A stretch of 62,664 nt of DNA, counting the filler, from Circinaria calcarea (lineage: Eukaryota): assembly GCA_051942165.1 (NCBI GenBank). It is 9 parts of 9 records of this genome, joined end to end, with 100 filler letters (N's around TTAATTAATTAA, not from the genome) between each part and the next. Parts side by side here need not be neighbours in the genome. Positions count along the whole stretch, not along the records: positions 20,953 to 27,827 come from JAVECS010001467.1; positions 27,928 to 34,799 come from JAVECS010001468.1; positions 34,900 to 41,770 come from JAVECS010001469.1; 6 more parts are not named here. The stretch is one strand, 5' to 3'. Below, one piece after another: positions 25,645 through 35,780 of the stretch. The number at the start of each line of letters is the position of its first letter. The stretch's first letter is position 1. The translations under genes and the position numbers were made by a program. Below the pieces are notes generated by a model. It was given only the letters and a program-made list of their open reading frames with translations, searched no databases and was not told where the DNA came from.

Positions 25645-26871
25645 CTAGCCTGATGGGACATAAACCCACGCACGTTGTTCTTCCCTTTGTCCCAATTGGT
25701 AATCACAACATTTTGCGGGGAACGAAAGCAATCCACGGATGTCATCATCACCGCTCAAGTCCAAATACTTGCAACAGGCAAAGCATTCTGATCTGGCCCT
25801 GCTAAAGACCCACCATAAATGGACATTGCACATCAGGCCCAGCCAGTATGCCAGCAAAAGCAAAGCCCGCAGATCTCTAGACAGTAATAATTGGTAGAAT
25901 GCCGGCTTAAAACGATGTACAACCGCCATCAGAAGAGTTAAAGAGGTACCCTCAGGGTAATCCGCCAGCAAAGAAACCAGTGACCGGAGTGTCGAGTAAT
26001 AGGGGTTATTGCATGAGCTGGAATCATGCTTGATGCCAAAGAGGGTTCTGAGGTCTTCTGGGATGGCTTCCGAGCCTAAGTAGTCGTTATCAAACGATGC
26101 ACGTGTTTTAGCACCAAGGAAGTTGGCCTTTTTTCTCGTATACAAGATTGCCCACGAGCTTTCCATGAGTATGTGTCGAGCGTTAAATAATATACTTCTA
26201 AGCCCGGTTTGTACAGTAAGCCACTGCAGATCTACCGAGCCAGTGAAGAGCCAGGAATCTGGAGGTGTATGGCGACAATTGCTGAAAGCTATCGTGTTTA
26301 ATAGCACGCAGCACGTAAGGACTGCATCTACTTGAGTTGCTGTGACAGTAAACGAGAGCCGTTGGCGAAAGGTATGCAGTGCTCTGTCGAGGTGATGGTT
26401 CATGCTCAGGTCATGTCGCTCTGACAAGAACATCGAGTGTGACGCAGCAAGGGCAAGGATAGCGTGCTTTAAGAAGTCGAACTCGAGCGCAGCTGCAAGA
26501 CAGCCGGTAATGACTTCCTGCACGCTCAACGAACCGAGAGTGCGTAATGTTTGGGACCGGAAATGATGGAGAAGCTCGATTTCGTCGGACTTCAAGCCAG
26601 GCAGACCGTGGTATGTGATTATTGTGCTGGGTGACGGTACTGAATTCTTCTGGCCGACATGAGATAATCTGGCGTTGTTGTAGTGGCAAATGATCCCTTG
26701 CTTTGAACAATTAGAGCAACCAGGTTTTGTTTCGTCGCATTTCTTCTTGCGCCTTTTGCATGCATCGCAACCTGTCCGTGACTTGAGGTGACTCGTACGA
26801 GGATGGAAAAATTTGGTTGGTGTTGGCAATACACGATGGCCGGCATAGCTTGTTGGTGCAATAGGCATCAT
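25645..26871 (-). CDS. Zn2Cys6 transcription factor (Upc2-like)
   Basis: [28 protein letters not shown], then [19 protein letters not shown] and ALLLLAYW. Start taken as MMPIAP at 26871. Confidence 0.9.
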   Translation of the reverse strand: MMPIAPTSYAGHRVLPTPTKFFHPRTSHLKSRTGCDACKRRKKKCDETKPGCSNCSKQGIICHYNNARLSHVGQKNSVPSPSTIITYHGLPGLKSDEIELLHHFRSQTLRTLGSLSVQEVITGCLAAALEFDFLKHAILALAASHSMFLSERHDLSMNHHLDRALHTFRQRLSFTVTATQVDAVLTCCVLLNTIAFSNCRHTPPDSWLFTGSVDLQWLTVQTGLRSILFNARHILMESSWAILYTRKKANFLGAKTRASFDNDYLGSEAIPEDLRTLFGIKHDSSSCNNPYYSTLRSLVSLLADYPEGTSLTLLMAVVHRFKPAFYQLLLSRDLRALLLLAYWLGLMCNVHLWWVFSRARSECFACCKYLDLSGDDDIRGLLSFPAKCCDYQLGQREEQRAWVYVPSG

Positions 26872-27285
26872 TCGGCCTACAGAGATAAAATATAAACTAC
26901 ACAGCGACTGGTGGCAATAGTGTTTCAATGCCCTGAAACCAAAGAAACGACGTTGAAGTACGGTGTCGAAATTTTTTAAATATTGCACTATAACCTAATT
27001 GTTAAAGGTTCAGCAGGGAGTGACTTAAGCAATGCATTGGAACGGTATTGGAAGTGTACGCAATAGTCGATATATTGTGTAACGTGTATAGTTCGCAAAG
27101 TGCGAAGTAAAAGGGGAAACCCTGCAACCCGCGCTACTACTAATACGGGTAGTGCCCTGAAACGAGGAACGAAGTTGAAGGGTTATAAATCTGGGCACGA
27201 CCCGGTCCGATCCGAGCAAAATTCTACCGGAGTCGCAGCAGAACATTTAAGATTACCGTAAAGAATTTAGTTTTTTACGTTTTCT

Positions 27286-27388
27286 GGCCTAGCTGTTTTG
27301 CCTCCTTGGGCCTAGCTATTTTGCCTCCTTGGGCCTAGCTTTTTTGCCTCCTTGGGCCTAGCTTGATTACCTCTTTGGGCCTTAGCTC
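27286..27388. repeat. 23-bp tandem array A (GGCCTAGCTNTTTTGCCTCCTTG), about 4.5 copies
   Basis: Units start at 27286, 27309, 27332, 27355 and 27378. Confidence 0.92.
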
Positions 27389-27454
27389 TTACTTTTTTAA
27401 GGTCGTAAAATACTCGATTATACACTCTCCGCGCATATATTCAGAACTTATATG

Positions 27455-27690
27455 CAGCGTGCTATATACTATGCTATATGCTCTTTTTATGCTATACTGC
27501 ATGCTCTTTCCGTGCTATACTGCATGCTCTTTCCGTGCTATACTATATACTCTTTCCGTGCTATGCTGCATGCTCTTTCCGTGCTATACTATATACTCTT
27601 TCCGTATTATGCTGCATGCTATTTCCATATTATATACTATATTATACTGCGTGCTTTCGTTATACTATACTGCATGCTCTTTCCATACAA
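27455..27690. repeat. 23-bp tandem array B (ATGCTCTTTCCGTGCTATACTGC), about 10 degenerate copies
   Basis: Units at 27501, 27524, 27547 and onward. Variants are mostly C>T/G>A, and the array grades into an AT-rich contig end. Confidence 0.88.
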
Positions 27691-27827
27691 TTTTTTAAAA
27701 TATTATTTAAATAAACCGAACCGTGCACGCTATATTAATAAAAAAGGGTCCAGGGGTAATTAATATGTATTTCACCGTAATATATATATTATTTTTATTT
27801 AATAATTAAAATTATTCAACATGCTAC

Positions 27828-27927
27828 NNNNNNNNNNNNNNNNNNNNNNNNNNNNNNNNNNNNNNNNNNNNTTAATTAATTAANNNNNNNNNNNNNNNNN
27901 NNNNNNNNNNNNNNNNNNNNNNNNNNN
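27828..27927. other. Artificial contig linker
   Basis: N run with TTAATTAATTAA. Confidence 0.98.
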
Positions 27928-29896
27928 TGTAGTAGGCCTTTAATCTAACTGATATCCTACAGACCACTTACTGAACCCCTTTCTTTTATAGCAACTTAAC
28001 GGGCGGGAGTTCCATTACGCCCAGGGCAAATGTCTTGGAGGAAGGTATTCGCCTGCGTCCCTGCAGCAAGTCCAAGTAGATTTTTGCTAAGTGAAGGCCG
28101 TAGCTCCGCTCGGAATTATATGGCTTATCAGCGGTTGTATCCCATGTCCTATCAAATGGTGAAATCGCACTAATGATCCTTATAGGGGAACAGTCGGCTC
28201 ATACCAACAGTGGGCAGATATCGTGGGAGATCAGGGTTATACGTTTAGCAATATCTCATCATACTTCAAAAAGAGTGCACAGTTTACGCCTCCGAACTAT
28301 GCCAAACGTGAAGCAGATAGTTTGATCACTTACGATCCAGCGGCCTTTAATTCCACTGGAGGGCCCCTTCAGGTCTCCTACCTCAATCGATATGCCCCCA
28401 TTTCCAAGTACTTCAAGGCCGCCTTTACGAGCCTTGGGTTGAAAGAGATTCCAGGCCTGAATAGTGGTCAGCTTTTTGGCTTCTCCGAGTTTACTCGCAC
28501 CATAGATCCTCAAGCTGCTACTCGAAGTTCATCAGAAACCTCCTTTCTACAAGAAGCGATTGCATCTACGACATTAATGGTCTATCAGAGGACCATAGCA
28601 AGGAAAATTTTATTTAGTGCCAACTTATCAGCAACAGGGGTCGGTGTCGACACAGCGGGAGTCCAATACACTCTTTTTGCAAAAAAAGAGGTCATCCTAG
28701 CCGCCGGAGCGGTAAACTTCCCCAAATGATATGTCGAGATAAGTAACTGACGGCTAAAAGCTTCGCTCTCCTCAAATACTTATGGTTTCTGGCATTGGTC
28801 CAGCAGCGGCTCTCGAGAAACTGCACATTCCCGTACTCTCCAACCTTCAAGGAGTGGGCCAGAATCTTTGGGTGCGCAATCCCTTTAAAATATGATGAGT
28901 ATAGCTTTTTCTAATCAACGACCATCACAGGATCAGCCATATTACAACGCGGCGTATCGGGTGAATGTCACAACACAAACGCAGCTTACGAGTAATAGTA
29001 CATTTGCAGCGCTAGCAATGGAAGAATACCTGACAAACCAGACGGGCCCATACGCAGATGCCGGAGGGAATGTGGTTGGTTCGTTATCCTCACTACCCTG
29101 GCTGATGTTATTTTGATACTTACTGTGCCGTGGTTTAGGATGGGAAAGACTTCCAGAACCATTTCGAAGTCAACTTAGCCCAGGCACGGTCTCTGAACTC
29201 TCCAAATTTCCCACGGACTGGCCTGAGCTAGAACTTCTCCCGACAGCTTCAGCAAGTACAACTGTCAACGATACTTTTAATTACGCATCCATGTCGATTG
29301 CTCTCCTTAGCACCACATCACGAGGGAATGTGACGATCAACTCTACCGATACCAATCGGAATCCTCTTGTGAGCCCAAACTGGCTGCTGACAACCACCGA
29401 TCAGGAACTCGCGGTCCAGGCCTTTAAACGCGCACGACAAGTCGCCAACGCCACAGGCATCATCGTCGGCCCCGAGTACCTTCCAGGCCCTACAGTACAA
29501 ACAGACGCCCAGATACTAGAGTATCTCAAGCGGACAGTGGGAACTATTTGGCATGCATGTGGTACCTGTAGAGCTCCCCCTTAGCGACTTCAAGACTGTA
29601 TCGAAACTGCTCAAAACTAATCATCTTTTCCAGGCGCAATGGGTCAAGTCGGGGACCCCCACGCAGTGGTCGACTCCTATGGTAAGGTGTTTGGAGTCAG
29701 CGGATTACGAATTGTGGATGCATCTGTATTCCCTCTACTTCCACCAGGGCATCCGCAAGCAACAGTCTGTGAGTGACGAGGTCGAAATTTATCCTTGAAG
29801 CTGATGAAGCTTTCTCGACTTCTTGCTAACTTTATCTTCCGCCTGACAGATATGCTTGCGGAGAAGCTGGCGGATGACATTAAGAACGGGAGGTAG
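27928..29896 (+). CDS. GMC oxidoreductase (AA3_2-like), many introns, 5' truncated
   Basis: [95 protein letters not shown] and [10 protein letters not shown]. Stop TAG at 29894-29896. Confidence 0.92.
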
Positions 29897-30552
29897 TACG
29901 CGAGGTTTGCCGTAAGAGGCCCGTGGTAGTTTTGGGTATGACAGTGTCGAGAGCGGTGTATCTTTGTGTATATATATATATATAATATACATAAAATAAA
30001 TGACACCATGAACAAAGAATGCAACTTCCTCCAAACCCTTGGCTATTAATACTCCTCAATATACACATGAAACCGCTCCAAGGGGGGCCCTGGCCTGCCT
30101 CAAACTACTCCGCTCCGCATATGACGAACAAACACTGTCCCACCAGTCACGCAAGCCTCTCCTTTACTAGGCTACTCCCCCAAAGCATCAGCCTATTCCT
30201 ATCCTACAAGTCTCGCAGACGGCGACAAAGTGTCGGGAAAACCGCAGCTGGGCATACCCAGGAAGGCCACGCCTTTTCGTATTCTCGTTCCGTGTCCTTT
30301 TTTGCTCCTCCTAGGAGCGGCAGATGATCATGCATTCCCGACGTCCATTTATTTACCTCCCTGGAATAGATAAACGGCGGATATCTGTCCACACAATCCT
30401 GAAGATGCCAATTCACTGCTCTCATGCACCCTACCATTACTCCCCCCTTGGTAAGAATATGGAGCACAAGTCATCAAGTTTAGAAGTGGTATGATGTTCA
30501 ACTTTAGATCTAGCTAATGCTGCGCCTCACTTCCATCCATCCACGTCCCGAG

Positions 30553-31236
30553 CTACTCAAACTGCCAAGAAGGCACATCCAGGTACTCCCTCGGCGTCAC
30601 CACCCACTCCCCCGTCACCCCGTCCACGCGCAAGTGCGACTTCCACCCCATGAACCGGTCCTCCACCAGAGCCACGTGTGCGAGCGTCTTTGACCGCCGG
30701 CAAATCTCCAGCAGGCCCATCTCCCACGCCTGCCATTCATCATCGCCGTGCCGGTCCGCGACAAACACCTCCAGGTCCTTCACGCCTTCGAGGCGATTGT
30801 ACAACTGGCACACGCCCGCGTGGCCCTCCTGCTCGTGGCGACCCTCGAAATGCAGACCGACGTAGCGGATGGCGCGCATGTTGGCTGTGCCGATGGCCGC
30901 CAGGAACTCCTGCATCGACCGGGGGTTGCGGAACTGGAAGGCCGTGTTCGCGTACCAGACGGGGCCGGCCTCGAGGTACATCTGACGGCAGGTAAAGGCC
31001 AACGCGAGCGTCCCCGGGGCGTTTTCGTACGGGGGCAGCGGACGGGGACGGATGGTCTTGCCGCTTCGGGTGGTGCTGGACTTGCCCGCTTCGAAAGATC
31101 CCACGATGTTGTACTTGGCGTAGGCCATGTGGGGCTTGCACATGACCAGTTTATAGATCATGTTTCGGACTTCGGTGGGCAGACGCTGGAAGGGGAAGAC
31201 CGACGAGACGTCAAGATGCGTGTTGATGGTCTGCAT
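30553..31236 (-). CDS. Hypothetical protein with an F-box-like/2EXR-type N-terminal motif
   Basis: FPFQRLPTEVRNMIYKLV, ALAFTCRQMYLEAGPVWYANTAFQF and FLAAIG. Strongly GC3-rich coding. Confidence 0.7.
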   Translation of the reverse strand: MQTINTHLDVSSVFPFQRLPTEVRNMIYKLVMCKPHMAYAKYNIVGSFEAGKSSTTRSGKTIRPRPLPPYENAPGTLALAFTCRQMYLEAGPVWYANTAFQFRNPRSMQEFLAAIGTANMRAIRYVGLHFEGRHEQEGHAGVCQLYNRLEGVKDLEVFVADRHGDDEWQAWEMGLLEICRRSKTLAHVALVEDRFMGWKSHLRVDGVTGEWVVTPREYLDVPSWQFE

Positions 31237-31769
31237 GTTGGATGGAACAATTGAGTGCAAGAAGGGTAAGAGACGTTAGTCAATCGAATGAACAAAGTAT
31301 GAATTGGTAGACCGTGGGTCAAGGAAGTATTGGTAGTAAGGAAATCAAGTAAAGAGAGATGTAGGAACTGAACTGGAAAGTCTTCGTTGTGGTGCTGATG
31401 GGAACTGTCTACGAGTGGGTAAAATCTTGTTACCCCAGATTAGCCCGACTACGAATCGAAAATGAAGGGGCTGGTCTATGAAAAACAAGGGGGTTGGTTT
31501 TTTCCAAAATAAATAAATAAAGGGGCTGGTATTTCGTAACACATGGAAGGTTTCGCGAGAGTGAATGAAGCGCAGAAAAAGACGGTACAACATATGAAAA
31601 GATAGGTCATATATATGGCAGGAGGGTGCCCCAAGGAACATGAAACTGATCAAGTTGCATGCCCGAAGCTGGAACGGTTTATCAAACTTAACCTTAACAA
31701 GGTCGCTATTCCGATCCCAATTTACATATAACTCCGGCAGAAACCGGCCTTAACCTTGACCCGATCCCC

Positions 31770-32481
31770 CTATTTCGTTATCTTCTTCTCTGCATCCTCT
31801 AGAAAGCCCTTTCCATCCTTCACTATCTGCCTTCCCTCCTCCTCCACTTTCTCCACACCAGCCTTTAACCCGCTCATCGCATTTGCTTCCATCGACTTCT
31901 CCCTGCCTCCGAAGCTATTGCCACAACCACATTATCAGTCCCCGGCTGCCATTTTATCGCAATATCCAAGGGTACTAGTCATAGCTCACTTCCAGTATTG
32001 TAAATATCGGTACCCCTGCGTCAATTGCGCGTTGAAATTTACAAAGTGACAGGCGAAGAGGAGATAGTTTCTCGGCGTGACTGCCATGGAGTAGCGCATG
32101 AAAGTGGCAGAGTATAGGGTCAAAGCGGCGGTCATTTTTCCGGAGATGCTGTAGTAAAGGACCAGGATATTTAGTGACTGTAGAGAAGGACGCATTGTCG
32201 GGCCCCAAGAGCTAACAGAATGGTACAGGAATAGATTGCGTAATCAGGAAGACTTGAGCGGTGGAACGTACATGTCAGGGTCTTTTTGAGTGTCCATAAC
32301 TGCAGCCACTGGGATGCCGAAGTTGGAGACGGGGCCCCAGAAATCTAATGATAGCGTCAGTACCTTCAAAAGCCATGTACATGGACAGCTGTAAGAGGTC
32401 AGACATACGGGTTGAGCAGACATAATTGAGAATAGGATGAGACCTTAATTTGGCGTTGATCGCCGAAATTGCTGCCGCCAT
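31770..32481 (-). CDS. MPC1: Mitochondrial pyruvate carrier subunit 1
   Basis: [23 protein letters not shown] and ISGKMTAALTLYSATFMRYSMAVTPRNYLLFACHFVN; three introns. Confidence 0.93.
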
Positions 32482-32842
32482 TGATGGTGGGGAGAGTGGT
32501 TGAGAGTCGCGAGTTCACGGAAAGTACCTGCGTTTCGATTTGCCGGGATTGGTGGACCGATAACTCCAAAAGTCACGTGCACCTCGCGAATCGAAACACC
32601 ATGTGCAAAATAAACATTTACGGGGTCACAGAGTGACTACATTCATCAAAGGCTTTATCTTTTCTATGCAAATAATACAGTGGCGCTTTTTTGGTATTTG
32701 GTAAATGACCCAGACGCCTGTGCTTTAGCCCACTGAGAGCTGCAGCGATCCTCGATACCATATGAGATGTCAGATCGGATGCCGTATCCCAAGGGACCAT
32801 ACCCAAATGCTACTGATTGTGTGCAACGCCAGAGCCATATGC

Positions 32843-33796
32843 TTATCTACCCCCGAATCCCGGTGGTGGGAAGCCTCGTCCTCCTGGTAGTGGTTGGAAT
32901 CCTGGTGGCGGTTGGTAACCTTGCGCTAAAGTCAAGTCAGCCCCTCGTGTATTTGCTGACGACATGTAAGAAACTCACGTGGTCCTCCTGCGAAGCCTGA
33001 TGGCGGCGCAAATCCAGCTGTAATTCATCCTAATCAGCATTTCATACCAAATCTGTCATATGAAGCGCAACTTACGGGGACCTCCAGGAGGCCCTCCTCT
33101 TCCTGCAAAACCTGGCGGAGCACCTCCGGGGAAGCCCGCAGGCGGGAAGCCAGCGAATCCAGGTGGTGGAGGTCCGCCAATACCTGCAGCCGGGCCCGCC
33201 AAACCAACAGGTAGGCCTCGTCCAGCGGGTCGACTTATACCTGGTCCAGCTGCTAATGTTGGTGGGGCTGTTCCAGCACCCCCAGGCGCACTGGTACCCA
33301 GTCTTGCCGAAGGGTCCGCAGGAGGTGGGCCGTCGACAGAACAAGATATTATGTGAGTACCACGCACAATGGTTAGTCCAAGGGTGCGCTTCTCTTCCGA
33401 TTCCACAAGAGCTGGTGCTGAGCTGCCGGGCGCAGATTGGGCGCCTTTGGTGGGTTTGCGCTTGACGCGACGGAATTCTTCGGTATCTGCAAGAACAAGA
33501 TTCATGTGCTAGTCCTGATTAGTACCTTCCCTATTCATAGAAAAGGATCAAACGTACCTTATCGAACGCGAGCATTTGGCCAGTCATTTGTCGTCCGTCA
33601 TTAAGGGTAACCCTCATCCGATAATTGATCTAAGAGTATTAATTGTTAGAAACATCATTGATCACGCAGAAGACCACCAAATCATATGGAAAGACTCACG
33701 AGATTTTGCTAGAGGAACTCGTCAGCTACTGGAGTCAATAAGAGTAAGTTATATACTAGGATGTAAACTCACCATCTTTCCCTGCTTATTCGCCAT
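32843..33796 (-). CDS. SMB1: Small nuclear ribonucleoprotein SmB
   Basis: MANKQGKM|QNL|INYRMRVTLNDGRQMTGQMLAFDK|HMNLVLADTEEFRR and EKRTLGLTIVRG, with a Pro/Gly-rich tail. Confidence 0.93.
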
Positions 33797-34055
33797 GTTT
33801 GTATTAAAAATCGCTGGCGCGACAGAACCCTTGGATATCGTATTCCAGCAATAGAGGTAGCAAAATGTCAATGGTAGTGAATGAATGGTGGGATGAGTTC
33901 GAAGCCTTGATGGAGATTTGACGATGGGTCGCTTATCGCGCTAATCGCAAGGCAAAGCTAAGGGTTTTCGCTAACAACTCCCACAATGAACGAGTACCAG
34001 GTGTTAACAACAGCAGACCTCAACAATCAATTACCTTCTACCCCAATCCACAGCA

Positions 34056-34778
34056 ATGGTATGTCGGCATCATTCTAACCTATTGCATGATCATGCTAAT
34101 AAATTGACTAAAGGCGGAATCTGGCAAGGACAAGAGCGCCAACCCCATGCGCGAGCTCCGCATTGAGAAGCTCGTCCTCAACATCTCTGTCGGCGAGTCC
34201 GGTGATAGACTCACTCGTGCCGCGAAAGTGCTCGAACAACTGAGCGGTCAAACGCCCGTCTACAGTGCGTTCTTTATTCGCTATACTCTACCAGCATACC
34301 AGCTACTAACTACGCCTCTCCCTTAGGCAAAGCCCGCTACACTGTCCGAACGTTTGGTATCCGTCGTAACGAGAAGATCGCTGTTCATGTTACCGTTCGT
34401 GGACCCAAAGCCGAAGAAATCCTTGAGCGTGGGCTTAAGGTTAAGGAATACGAGTTGAAAAAGAAGAACTTTTCAGAAACTGGCAACTTTGGATTCGGTA
34501 TCAGCGAACATATTGATCTAGGAATAAAGTATGACCCTGCCATCGGTATTTACGGAATGGACTTTTATTGCTGCATGTAAGTTGGCTACAATTGATGTCG
34601 CTCTTTCTAACATCAAACATGGCTGATCCTGAGTTTTAGGACTCGCCCCGGGGAACGTGTTGCGAAACGGAGACGGTGTCAGACCAAAGTTGGTGCTTCG
34701 CATCGGATCAACCAGCAAGAGACAGTCAAGTGGTTTAAAAATCGGTTTGAGGGTATCGTACGTGGCGACCGATCGTAG
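34056..34778 (+). CDS. RPL11: 60S ribosomal protein L11 (uL5)
   Basis: ATG-only first coding exon, then [58 protein letters not shown] and [19 protein letters not shown]. The exact 3' end is uncertain because GTACGT near 34758 could be a donor. Confidence 0.95.
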
Positions 34779-34799
34779 GGATGGTAGAAGGAAGACTTT

Positions 34800-34899
34800 N
34801 NNNNNNNNNNNNNNNNNNNNNNNNNNNNNNNNNNNNNNNNNNNTTAATTAATTAANNNNNNNNNNNNNNNNNNNNNNNNNNNNNNNNNNNNNNNNNNNN
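34800..34899. other. Artificial contig linker
   Basis: N run with TTAATTAATTAA. Confidence 0.98.
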
Positions 34900-35318
34900 C
34901 TCTACCTCACCGCCGACATCAGCGACGAAGCCGGCCTCCCCGCCGCCTTCCCGGCCGCATAATCCGCATTTCCCCACGCCCCCAACTCTCACTGCCCACG
35001 GCCACGGAGCGCAGCAACCTCACGGCGTTCAGCAGCCTCACGGCGGCCCTTCTCACGGTACGCACTTTCACGAAGTGCCTTCTCTTTCTCACGGAGCGCC
35101 CTCTCACTCTCACGGAGCGCCCTCTCAGTCTCTTTTAGCGCCCTCTCTTTCTCACGGAATGCACGGTTCTCGTCTGCCGAAAGCATGGTGCGGCAGCAAC
35201 GCTGAGGTTGAGGCTGGCGAGCGCGATGCACGTGCTTGACGAGGCTGAATCGTGCGCGTGCGGACTCGAAGGCGGCGGGGAGGCCGGCTTCGTCGCTGAT
35301 GTCGGCGGTGAGGTAGAG
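34900..35318. repeat. Perfect 51-bp inverted repeat (34900-34950 / 35268-35318) enclosing a 21-bp-period heptad-coding repeat
   Basis: CTCTACCTCACCGCCGACATCAGCGACGAAGCCGGCCTCCCCGCCGCCTTC and its exact reverse complement. Confidence 0.9.
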
Positions 35319-35780
35319 GAGGCTTGGGGGAAGGGCCGGAGGTTGAGGTCTATGTTATCTATTGTGAGAGTGCTGGGGATGGGTTAGGAGATGTGGGGAG
35401 TAGAGAGGGGTAGGCGTGCAGTGGTTATGCCCGTCTTACTTCGGTGCCTAGTTCAATTAGTACGCTAGACCCAGCCTGATGAGCCCATGCAAATCTTCGT
35501 GCAAATGTTTATATGCTGATCAGCATGATTATAAAGTACTGCAGTACTCAGATTTGGTTGTTAAACAACATTTTGTGTGAACTTGAATCCGAAACAATAG
35601 GAGCCAAAGACTCGCCCGAGAACATCAATGATCCAAGTTGCAGCCTTCTCATCTAATAAAGCCGAAAAGCTCATGACTGACCTTCGTGCAGTCACTGCTT
35701 GAAGCCTATACCCCGTCTTACCATATCCAAGGGTACTAGGCGTTGATCTCTCGCTATCAAGAAATGTGAGTGAATCATAT

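Noticed and set aside
27286..27690. CRISPR-like array
   Set aside because: The repeats are head-to-tail with no unique spacers, there are no cas genes and the context is eukaryotic. The Cys/Tyr-rich ORFs here are translations of the repeat.
24452..29896. Secondary-metabolite cluster (RTA1 + TF + GMC oxidase)
   Set aside because: The GMC gene is on a different contig across a linker, and there is no backbone synthase.
30650..31254. Long antisense ORFs over the GC-rich gene
   Set aside because: Expected by-product of high GC3; no protein features.
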